Positions 6,771 through 13,240 of a stretch of DNA of 13,887 nt are shown here, piece after piece. Each line of letters starts with the position of its first letter. The first letter of the stretch is position 1. Both the position numbers and the translations under genes were made by a program. The stretch lies in UHGV virus genome UHGV-0185895. The stretch is one strand, 5' to 3'. Origin of the DNA: a virus. The notes under the pieces are model-generated. The model had not been told where the DNA came from and ran no database searches. It saw nothing but the letters and a program-made list of their open reading frames with translations.

Positions 6771-7828
6771 GAGCGTTACTCACCCCTGAGATTGTGCCAC
6801 GCCTCGGCGTGGTTCTATTTAAGCCCGGCCGTGATCTGATGCACCTGTTTTCTGCCGGGCGTGTTTTAGTCGAGGCTGAACCACAAAATATGGCCCGCTT
6901 GCCATCTGGTCGTGTCCCTGATGCCCGACAACCTTTAGCGGAGGATTCCAGCCTGCACGTATTCTTTTCCGATGAGCGTGTGATTCGTGCTGCTGGTGGA
7001 TTGCCAGCGCTTGAACGGTGGCTGTTTCTCCGGCTGAAGAGGTGCCAGTACCCTCATTCCGAGTACCACCATAACGAGATGGTAACGATGCGACATCCGC
7101 CTGGTGCGTTGCTGGTGTGCTGGCATTGTGACAATAAACTGCGGGAGCAGTCGACTCCAGCTATCGAGGCGCTGGCACTTCGTAATGTAGTCGACTGGGT
7201 AATAGATACTGTGCTGATCGGGCTCGGTTATAACAAAGAACGCTCTCTTTCAATCGCAGAGTTGTGCTGGTGGGCAGTTCAGTCAGGTATAGCCGATGCC
7301 ATTACGGAGACGATGGCGCAGCGTGGTCTAGGGTTGCCTGAAGAGCCGTTCCTGTCGGTGTATAAAGAAAGCGATATCCGGCCTACTTTACCGGCCACCA
7401 GCATTCTGCAGGAGAAACTGCCAGCTGCAGGCACAGCAAGGCAATGCAGGCGCAACGAAAATGTCCAGGCGCACCAGGACCAGCCGAAGGGGCTTGCGCT
7501 GACTGCCGATCCGGAATCGCCGGAATCTTTCATGCTCAGGCCAAAGCGCCGTCGCTGGGTAAGCAAGACTTATACCGACTGGGTTAAGCATCAACCATGC
7601 GAATGCTGCCGCAGACCAGCTGACGATCCGCATCATGTCATCGGCCATGGCATGGGCGGTACCGCAACCAAAGCCCACGATCTCTTCGTGTTTCCTCTGT
7701 GCAGAGAGTGCCACGACGAGCTACATGCCGATGTTAACGCCTTTGAAGAGAAGAATGGCACGCAGTTGGAGCTGCTGTTCCGTTTTCTTGATCGAGCTAT
7801 GGCGATCGGCGCAATTATAAAAGCATAG
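6767..7828 (+). CDS. DUF968-like prophage protein (YdfU-like) with a C-terminal Cys/His cluster
   Basis: 353 aa; C-terminal HQPCECCRRPADDPHHVIGHG...PLCRECHDELH cluster typical of DUF968; ATGA overlap with the methyltransferase stop; lies directly upstream of the Q-like gene, as ydfU does relative to quuQ in E. coli Qin (recalled, not searched). Confidence 0.75.
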   Translation: MRALLTPEIVPRLGVVLFKPGRDLMHLFSAGRVLVEAEPQNMARLPSGRVPDARQPLAEDSSLHVFFSDERVIRAAGGLPALERWLFLRLKRCQYPHSEYHHNEMVTMRHPPGALLVCWHCDNKLREQSTPAIEALALRNVVDWVIDTVLIGLGYNKERSLSIAELCWWAVQSGIADAITETMAQRGLGLPEEPFLSVYKESDIRPTLPATSILQEKLPAAGTARQCRRNENVQAHQDQPKGLALTADPESPESFMLRPKRRRWVSKTYTDWVKHQPCECCRRPADDPHHVIGHGMGGTATKAHDLFVFPLCRECHDELHADVNAFEEKNGTQLELLFRFLDRAMAIGAIIKA

Positions 7829-7848
7829 TGTATGGAGCGTTGAGCAGT

Positions 7849-8547
7849 ATGAACCTACAAAACCTGGAATATACCCGTATTGAAGTGCGTCGAGCGTTGT
7901 TGGATTTATCCGGCGCAACAAAGGGACAACTCGAGGCATTCAGCGAGAACCCACCGGCAGATAAGAATAAAAATCCGCGGTGCTCTCGCAATCTTGTCGA
8001 TCTGGAAGGGGGGATTGGTTGTGGCCCGTCGGTGGTTAAGGCACTGACTACTCCAGTTTATGTGATGGAGACCCGCAGCCGCCGCCGGCCAATGCCGCCC
8101 ATCAATGATATTGAATTCGGTTATTCACCGTGGAGGCGCGCTGTAAACCTGCTGGAAGAACATCACCAGGCATGGGTGCGCTATTGCTATGGCTTCGATC
8201 TAAATTTCCGTTACCAGACGCTGATGTGTGAACACGTCTGGACTGAATATCAGAACTATCAAGTAGGCAGGGCGATCCAATCGAGAGTAATAAAAAAGCT
8301 TGTGGGGCTGGTCTGGCTGGCTGGCCAGGAGGTTGCAGCGACCCGGAATAATGAGACGTATAAAACCTACGCTGGCGCAGCTCTGGCGCGTATGGTTTCA
8401 GTTGACCGCTCAACCTGGAAAAGGGTTTATGCCGGGCATTGGGAACGACTTAAAACGGCTTTCATTGAGATGGATAACAACGCATTGCAGAACATCTACA
8501 CATATCATGAGCAAATAGAAGAGGTCAGAACGGAAAAATGTGATTAA
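7849..8547 (+). CDS. Q-like late-gene antiterminator (tentative)
   Basis: 233 aa from the ATG at 7849 (GGAG at 7834-7837); last gene of the early operon, followed by a promoter-like region and a strong intrinsic terminator; call rests mainly on position and synteny. Confidence 0.5.
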   Translation: MNLQNLEYTRIEVRRALLDLSGATKGQLEAFSENPPADKNKNPRCSRNLVDLEGGIGCGPSVVKALTTPVYVMETRSRRRPMPPINDIEFGYSPWRRAVNLLEEHHQAWVRYCYGFDLNFRYQTLMCEHVWTEYQNYQVGRAIQSRVIKKLVGLVWLAGQEVAATRNNETYKTYAGAALARMVSVDRSTWKRVYAGHWERLKTAFIEMDNNALQNIYTYHEQIEEVRTEKCD

Positions 8548-8572
8548 AGTTGGCTATCTCCTTTAATCAGGC

Positions 8573-8601
8573 TTGCAAAATGCAACAAAATGAGCGATAT
8601 T
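8573..8601 (+). promoter_or_regulatory. Candidate late promoter (PR'-like)
   Basis: TTGCAA (8573-8578), 17-nt spacer, GATATT (8596-8601), between the Q-like gene and the terminator; hexamers are weak. Confidence 0.3.
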
Positions 8602-8638
8602 TTGAGGTAATTTGATATCTTGCCATTTTTATAAATAA

Positions 8639-8662
8639 CCTCGCTTCGGCGGGGTTTTTTGT
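8639..8662 (+). terminator. Intrinsic terminator (tR'-like) downstream of the Q-like gene
   Basis: Six-pair stem (one G-U) closed by a TTCG tetraloop, CCTCGC-TTCG-GCGGGG at 8639-8654, followed by a T6 run at 8655-8660. Confidence 0.6.
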
Positions 8663-8692
8663 TGGTTTATCTCGCACTCTCCCTCTCTCTGG

Positions 8693-8747
8693 ATAAACAA
8701 AAATGTTTATATTTTAGCTTGATTTAATAAACAAAAATGTTTATTAT
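8693..8747 (+). promoter_or_regulatory. hicAB promoter with two identical palindromic operator candidates
   Basis: Identical 18-bp palindrome ATAAACA-AAAA-TGTTTAT at 8693-8710 and 8727-8744; TTGATT (8719-8724), 17-nt spacer, TATTAT (8742-8747), with the second palindrome covering the spacer and -10. Confidence 0.5.
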
Positions 8748-8776
8748 TATCTCAAGTTAAACAGACAGGAGGAGGA

Positions 8777-8953
8777 GTGAAGCAAAGCGAGTTCAGGCGT
8801 TGGCTTGCAGCTCAAGGGGCAGAGTTTAAAGATGGTACCAACCACTTAAAAATTTACCTCAACGGCAAGCAAACGATAATGCCGAGACACCCGGGCAAGG
8901 AAATCCCGGAGCCGCTGAGAAAAGCAATTTTGAAGCAACTCGGTATCAAATAA
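8777..8953 (+). CDS. hicA: HicA-family toxin (mRNA interferase)
   Basis: 58 aa from the GTG at 8777 with AGGAGGAGG RBS; MKQSEFRRWL...HLK...MPRHPGKEIPEPLRKAILKQLGIK closely resembles HicA as recalled; below the 60-aa cut-off of the ORF track. Confidence 0.8.
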   Translation: MKQSEFRRWLAAQGAEFKDGTNHLKIYLNGKQTIMPRHPGKEIPEPLRKAILKQLGIK

Positions 8954-9000
8954 AAACCAGCCCTCCGGGGCTGGTACTCGTGGAGATTCACTTAATCAAT

Positions 9001-9408
9001 ATGAGATATCCGGTAAATTTTGAGCATGACGAAACCGGCTGGGCGGTATTTTTCCCAGATATCCCCGAGGCAATGACGGGAGGGGCAACCAGGGAGGAAG
9101 CGTTAGAAATGGCGCAGGATGCCCTGGTTACGGCGTTTGATTTCTATTTTGACGACCGCCGGGAGATCCCCGCACCTTCAGCAGAGGGTGAGGCGTTTGT
9201 TGAAGTGCCATCAAGCGTGGCGGCGAAGGTATTATTGCTAAACCGCCTGGTCAGTACCAATACCAGTAACGCTGAACTGGCCCGCATGATTAATACGCGC
9301 CCTCAGGAGGTACAGCGAATCGTGTCTCTTGGTCATAGCACCAAGATCGACACCATTCAAAAAGCACTATCGGTACTAGGACAAAAAATGGAAATAATTG
9401 TCCGGTAA
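9001..9408 (+). CDS. hicB: HicB-family antitoxin (N-terminal HicB fold, C-terminal DNA-binding domain)
   Basis: 135 aa from the ATG at 9001 (MRYPV...); DIPEA, TAFDFYF and VAAKVLLLN segments match E. coli HicB as recalled; lies downstream of hicA in the usual order. Confidence 0.8.
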   Translation: MRYPVNFEHDETGWAVFFPDIPEAMTGGATREEALEMAQDALVTAFDFYFDDRREIPAPSAEGEAFVEVPSSVAAKVLLLNRLVSTNTSNAELARMINTRPQEVQRIVSLGHSTKIDTIQKALSVLGQKMEIIVR

Positions 9409-9432
9409 TCAGTGCAGTCCCCACTATCAAAA

Positions 9433-9460
9433 GGTCGTCCTCTGTGGCGGCCTTTTTTAT
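9433..9460 (+). terminator. Intrinsic terminator downstream of hicB
   Basis: Hairpin 9433-9452 (7-bp stem including two G-U pairs) followed by a T6 run at 9453-9458. Confidence 0.45.
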
Positions 9461-9515
9461 TGCCCTCATTCCTCACTTCATTTCACGCACACAGCACCTC
9501 AACAGGAGGTGTCGG

Positions 9516-9764
9516 ATGAACAGAACCATGCCTGACAAAATTGCTTCGGCAGTGGGTTATTGCACTTCGGGCGGCCTCATCTGCTGGGGTGGTCTTGCCA
9601 AATGGATTCATGATCTCGACTGGAACCTGGTAGCGGTTATCGGAGGATTTGTAATTGGCCTGCTGACATTTTTCGTTAACTTCTATTTCAAGCGGCGCCA
9701 GACCAGAGCATATGAAAAAGCCCTGGCGCGCGGATATATAACCCCGCCACCGCAGGATCACTGA
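9516..9764 (+). CDS. S: Class II holin, phage-21 S-type (pinholin-like) with a dual-start motif
   Basis: 82 aa from the ATG at 9516 (AGGAGG 9504-9509); begins MNRTM with a second in-frame ATG at 9528; two TM-like segments; sequence (GYCTSGG...FVNFYFKRRQ) resembles phage 21 S as recalled. Confidence 0.75.
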   Translation: MNRTMPDKIASAVGYCTSGGLICWGGLAKWIHDLDWNLVAVIGGFVIGLLTFFVNFYFKRRQTRAYEKALARGYITPPPQDH

Positions 9765-9765
9765 C

Positions 9766-10305
9766 ATGGCATCGATGAAAACAAAACTCAGCGCTGCCAT
9801 GCTGGCGCTCATTGCTGCCGGTGCATCTGCGCCTACTCTAATGGATCAGTTCCTTGATGAGAAAGAAGGGAACAGGCTGACCGCGTATCGCGATGGCAGC
9901 CAGGGGATCTGGACTATTTGCCGCGGTGCCACGCGTATTGATGGTAAACCCGTCACGCAGGGTATGAAACTGACCCAGACCAAATGCGATGAGGTGAATG
10001 CTGTCGAACGTGATAAGGCGCTGGCGTGGGTTGATCGGAATATCCACGTTCCACTGACCCCACCGCAAAAAGTCGGCATTGCCTCATTCTGTCCGTACAA
10101 CATCGGTCCCGGTCGCTGCTTCCCGTCGACGTTCTACCAGCGGATTAACGCTGGCGACCGTAAAGGCGCATGTGAAGCGATTCGCTGGTGGATTAAAGAC
10201 GGAGGGAAGGATTGCCGGGTGCGCTCCAATAACTGCTACGGGCAGGTAACGCGCCGTGATCAGGAAAGTGCGCTGACGTGCTGGGGGCTTGATGATGGGC
10301 GCTAA
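9766..10305 (+). CDS. R: SAR endolysin, T4-lysozyme-like (R21-like)
   Basis: 179 aa; Ala/Gly-rich weakly hydrophobic N-terminus ([18 protein letters not shown]) consistent with a signal-anchor-release domain; E34, D43 and T50 spaced as in the lysozyme catalytic triad; ATG 2 nt after the holin stop. Confidence 0.85.
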   Translation: MASMKTKLSAAMLALIAAGASAPTLMDQFLDEKEGNRLTAYRDGSQGIWTICRGATRIDGKPVTQGMKLTQTKCDEVNAVERDKALAWVDRNIHVPLTPPQKVGIASFCPYNIGPGRCFPSTFYQRINAGDRKGACEAIRWWIKDGGKDCRVRSNNCYGQVTRRDQESALTCWGLDDGR

Positions 10306-10804
10306 AGCAAAAGGTTTTGTGATTGGTTTGATCCTCACCGGTGCATTTGGCGCAGGTGCATTCTGGAAGGATACACAGTGGCAATCGAAATGGCTGCAAC
10401 GGGATATTGACGAATCGGCACAGGCAGTGAATGCGCAAACCGTCGCCCGGATGATTGAACAGGGGCGCTTGATCGCCCGCGATGAGGCCGTACAAGATGC
10501 TCAAGCTCAAACCGCTGCAGCGCGTGCTGCTGCTGCTAATCTCTCTGGCACTGTTAACCAGCTGCGCCAGCAGGCAAAAGCCTTTGCCACCCGCCTGGAC
10601 GCCGCAAAGCACACCACAAGTCTTGCCGCTACCGTCAGAAGCAAAACAACCGGCACCACCGCCGGAATGCTCGCCGACATGCTTGGAGACCTTGCAGAAG
10701 AAGCTCGACGGTATGCTGAAATCGCTGACGAACGCTACACCGCAGGAATGATCTGTGAGCGGATTTACAAATCGGTGAGAACTTCTATCCCTGCTAAGGG
10801 ATAA
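10292..10804 (+). CDS. Rz: Rz-like i-spanin
   Basis: N-terminal TM segment ([17 protein letters not shown]) followed by a long Ala/Gln-rich helical region; overlaps the endolysin 3' end; Rz1-like ORF embedded in another frame. Confidence 0.7.
   Translation: MMGAKAKGFVIGLILTGAFGAGAFWKDTQWQSKWLQRDIDESAQAVNAQTVARMIEQGRLIARDEAVQDAQAQTAAARAAAANLSGTVNQLRQQAKAFATRLDAAKHTTSLAATVRSKTTGTTAGMLADMLGDLAEEARRYAEIADERYTAGMICERIYKSVRTSIPAKG
10497..10751 (+). CDS. Rz1: Rz1-like o-spanin lipoprotein, embedded within Rz
   Basis: [23 protein letters not shown] has a lipobox (LTSC, Cys23) and is followed by a Pro-rich mature region (PLPPAWTPQ...), resembling lambda Rz1; wholly inside the Rz gene in a different frame. 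Confidence 0.7.
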   Translation: MLKLKPLQRVLLLLISLALLTSCASRQKPLPPAWTPQSTPQVLPLPSEAKQPAPPPECSPTCLETLQKKLDGMLKSLTNATPQE

Positions 10805-10830
10805 CATAATCAAAATCCCTACTAGGGGAT
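10786..10830. repeat. Two related palindromes at the Rz stop and just downstream
   Basis: TATCCCT-GCTA-AGGGATA (10786-10803, perfect 7-bp arms, overlapping the Rz stop) and ATCCC-TACTAG-GGGAT (10815-10830), each followed by AAC. Confidence 0.4.
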
Positions 10831-10843
10831 AACCGAGGACAAT

Positions 10844-11029
10844 ATGACCTTAGCCCAGTGCATTAAAATGCAGGAAGATGCAATATGTAACAAGGATGTG
10901 GAGGTTATAGATCTGAGAATGATTAATATCTGGGGACAGCGGCAAGCACCATGTGATAGCAAGCCGCTGATGGGGGAGCCGCACTCAGAAACCACAGTAG
11001 TATTTCTACCGGCATGGCTTAACTATTAA
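10844..11029 (+). CDS. Questionable small ORF (61 aa), AT-rich, convergent with the protease gene
   Basis: GAGGA 5 nt upstream of the ATG; 3' end overlaps the protease gene 3' end by 11 nt; no recognisable motif. Confidence 0.3.
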   Translation: MTLAQCIKMQEDAICNKDVEVIDLRMINIWGQRQAPCDSKPLMGEPHSETTVVFLPAWLNY

Positions 11030-11480
11030 ACAACAACTCGAATTTGTTATTTTTGTAGTCAAGCGTGAATGAGCAGTGTTGAAGAAACTCCATCCCAAGA
11101 ATTGCTTTGAAGTGTCGCCCATTATTAACTAAAGGGGTTGCATGAAATTCTTGAGAAAAAAGGCGCCCGTCGTTTGTTAGGCTCATAACCGCCCTGCGAG
11201 CTGTTGAATTAATTGTAGAAGTTCCTCCCCGAACTTGGATTTCGCTGGTAACTGGGAGTTCTAATTCATCAGCAAAATCATTATCGATATAACAGGCGGT
11301 AGCACCAGTATCGATCAGAACCATAGCTGATTCATGTTTCTCGGGGTTCGGTATTTGATAATGATTATCTTTGTCAACCGCTGCAAATGTGACAACTATC
11401 ACGGGTACAGCCATTGGTTGCGGTGTAGTTGAAAATTCCCCGCTGCTGTTCATAAAGTACACTGGTAAATTAATTGCCAT
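11019..11480 (-). CDS. Retropepsin-like aspartic protease (single-domain, presumably active as a homodimer)
   Basis: 153 aa; active-site signature LIDTGAT (D57-T58-G59-A60), Gly-rich flap VRGGTS and C-terminal ILGMEFL motif; opposite strand to all neighbours; sampled 60-nt stretches give roughly 35-45% GC against about 60% near the terminase genes. Confidence 0.7.
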   Translation of the reverse strand: MAINLPVYFMNSSGEFSTTPQPMAVPVIVVTFAAVDKDNHYQIPNPEKHESAMVLIDTGATACYIDNDFADELELPVTSEIQVRGGTSTINSTARRAVMSLTNDGRLFSQEFHATPLVNNGRHFKAILGMEFLQHCSFTLDYKNNKFELLFNS

Positions 11481-11612
11481 CTCATTTCCTTAAGCAGAAC
11501 TAATCAGCCAGTTCTCTGCCATTACATGTTCGTCAGTGTCCCACCACGGACGGGCTGAGCCGTAACCTTACACGCTGAGGTTTCACAGTAACACCCTGAT
11601 ATTTAGCCAGTA

Positions 11613-11639
11613 GCCTCGCATACGCGGGGCTTTTTTATT
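11613..11639 (+). terminator. Intrinsic terminator-like hairpin immediately upstream of the two unknown ORFs
   Basis: GCCTCGC-ATAC-GCGGGGC (7-bp stem with one G-U) at 11613-11630, followed by a T6 run at 11631-11636. Confidence 0.45.
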
Positions 11640-11655
11640 CGTAAAAGGTAACCCG

Positions 11656-11982
11656 ATGCAGAGTTTAAAAATTGAATACGTTAACGGGGTGCTGGTGAGC
11701 CTTGAACGCGATGGCAAGTCCTATATGGGCCTACCTGTCAGCACGGTTCACTTCACTCATAGCATGAAAACGACCCCTTATCTCAAGGTCGAAATTGAAG
11801 CTGGTGGCGAGCCATATACACCACCAGCGAAACAGGCACCAGCACCAGCAGCAGCAGCGCCCGCATCTGCTCGGGTGAGTGAGCAGCCACCAGCGCGCGA
11901 GGGTGAGCTCCTACCTCAGGAGGAGAACCAAAAGCAACGTTCACGCCGTAACCGCAACCATCGAAATCATCGGAGCCAATAA
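11656..11982 (+). CDS. Hypothetical protein: small N-terminal domain, Ala/Pro-rich linker, Arg/Asn/His-rich basic tail
   Basis: 108 aa; C-terminus QKQRSRRNRNHRNHRSQ; TAATG stop/start overlap with the next ORF. Confidence 0.5.
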   Translation: MQSLKIEYVNGVLVSLERDGKSYMGLPVSTVHFTHSMKTTPYLKVEIEAGGEPYTPPAKQAPAPAAAAPASARVSEQPPAREGELLPQEENQKQRSRRNRNHRNHRSQ

Positions 11983-12401
11983 TGTTTAACCGTAATGAGC
12001 TGACCATCTCGATGTTCTACGCGTCGAGCACCAACAATGACGGTAATAAAGTCGCCGCCATCACGGTGCAGGTGAATAACCTTGAATCGGTGGCAGTGCA
12101 AACCAGCCAGCTGCTTTGCGTCACCAACAAAGCCAAGAAAAAGGCCTATTCAGTAGGCGAACAGATGACAAAGAACGGCTCTGATCCGCTGCTGGTCGCT
12201 ATCGAAAACTACTGGCGGCAGAACACAGAGGCAGTGGTTGGTGGCCTGTTGGCTGACGTTGCTGACTTCATTGCGGGAAATGTGAATCAGTCCTCCACCT
12301 GGATTGGTTTCAATGGTCTGAAGGTATTCGAGAATGAGACGTTGGAAACTCACATTCCCGAAGCTGTTCTGCAGGCTGACGGCGGCGCGTCCTCAGACTG
12401 A
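11982..12401 (+). CDS. Hypothetical protein, translationally coupled to the upstream ORF
   Basis: 139 aa; GGAG 6 nt upstream of the ATG; ends about 100 bp before cos; no recognisable motif. Confidence 0.55.
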   Translation: MFNRNELTISMFYASSTNNDGNKVAAITVQVNNLESVAVQTSQLLCVTNKAKKKAYSVGEQMTKNGSDPLLVAIENYWRQNTEAVVGGLLADVADFIAGNVNQSSTWIGFNGLKVFENETLETHIPEAVLQADGGASSD

Positions 12402-12506
12402 GCATTCACAGAGGCTGTTCAATGAGCGGCCTCGATGAATGACCATTCAAACATTAATGATAACCATTATCGTTACGGGTCCTTTCCAGAAGTTCGAGTG
12501 ATTACG

Positions 12507-12518
12507 GGGCGGCGACCT
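12507..12518. other. cosN cohesive-end sequence GGGCGGCGACCT
   Basis: Exact match to the lambda 12-nt cohesive end as recalled; flanking sequence (CTCGCGG...TATGAAAATTTT...TTTAAGGCGTTTCCGTTCTTCT) closely resembles the lambda left end; lies 188 nt upstream of the terminase small-subunit start. Confidence 0.8.
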
Positions 12519-12694
12519 CGCGGATTCTCGCTACATATGAAAATTTTGAGATTTAAGGCGTTTCCGTTCTTCTACTTTTTAACTCATTGTTTATTAATTG
12601 GTTGATGCCTGAAAAGAAAGGAAACCATCAGACCGTTTCCTGTCCGGATCACCCATGATCGTTTCCGTACCCCGTTTTCGCCTAAGGAGTGCGT
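12519..12694 (+). promoter_or_regulatory. cosB-like region with candidate terminase small-subunit binding elements
   Basis: CGTTTCC-type elements at about 12559-12575, 12609-12626 and 12633-12646, arranged as in lambda cosB between cosN and the small-subunit gene. Confidence 0.55.
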
Positions 12695-13240
12695 ATGGAG
12701 GTGAACAAAAAACTGCTCTCCGATATTTTTGGTGTCAGCATTCGTACGATTCAGAACTGGCAGGATCAGGGGATGCCGTTTGTGCGTGGTGGTGGCAAAG
12801 GTAATGAGGTTCTTTACGATTCCGCTGCCGTGATTAAGTGGTTTGCCCAACGTGATGCTGACATCGAAAACGAAAAGTTGAGAAAGGAAGTTGAAGAGCT
12901 CCGTAAGGCTGGTGAATCTGATCTGCAGCCAGGAACAATTGATTATGAGCGCTACCGTCTGACCCGCTCGCAGGCTGATGCCCAGGAGCTAAAAAACGCC
13001 AAAAGTTCCGCTGAGGTGGTGGAGACCGCATTCTGCACGTTCGTGCTTTCACGCGTGGCCGGCGAAATAGCCAGTATCCTGGACGGGATCCCCCTGTCGG
13101 TGCAGCGGCGGTTTCCTGAGCTGGAGAATCGACACATTGATTTCCTTAAAAAGGACGTAATCAAAGCCATGAACAAGGCAGCTGCGCTGGATGAAATTAT
13201 ACCGGGGTTGCTGAGTGAATATATCGAACAGTCAGATTAA
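12695..13240 (+). CDS. nu1: Terminase small subunit (lambda Nu1-like)
   Basis: 181 aa from the ATG at 12695 (AAGGAG 12684-12689); MEVNKKLLSDIFGVSIRTIQNWQDQGMPFVRGGGKGNEVLYDSAAVIKW is near-identical in pattern to lambda Nu1 as recalled. Confidence 0.9.
   Translation: MEVNKKLLSDIFGVSIRTIQNWQDQGMPFVRGGGKGNEVLYDSAAVIKWFAQRDADIENEKLRKEVEELRKAGESDLQPGTIDYERYRLTRSQADAQELKNAKSSAEVVETAFCTFVLSRVAGEIASILDGIPLSVQRRFPELENRHIDFLKKDVIKAMNKAAALDEIIPGLLSEYIEQSD

Noticed and set aside
7828-7848. GTG at 7828 as the start of the Q-like gene
   Set aside because: It overlaps the upstream stop with no SD; the ATG at 7849 is preceded by GGAG. The choice remains uncertain.
8693-8744. Repeated 18-bp palindromes considered as a possible CRISPR or attachment-site repeat
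   Set aside because: Only two copies, internally palindromic, AT-rich and overlapping a promoter -10; an operator explanation fits better.
9444-9515. N-terminal extension of the holin ORF from the GTG at 9444
   Set aside because: The GTG lies inside the terminator hairpin downstream of hicB; the ATG at 9516 has a well-placed AGGAGG and gives the holin dual-start motif.
10193-10813. 206-aa minus-strand ORF
   Set aside because: Antisense to the endolysin 3' end and to Rz/Rz1, both of which have strong sequence signatures; low-complexity translation.
11613-11639. Hairpin considered as the terminator of the minus-strand protease gene
   Set aside because: It lies upstream of the protease start, not downstream, and its T-run follows the stem on the plus strand only; it would act on rightward transcription.
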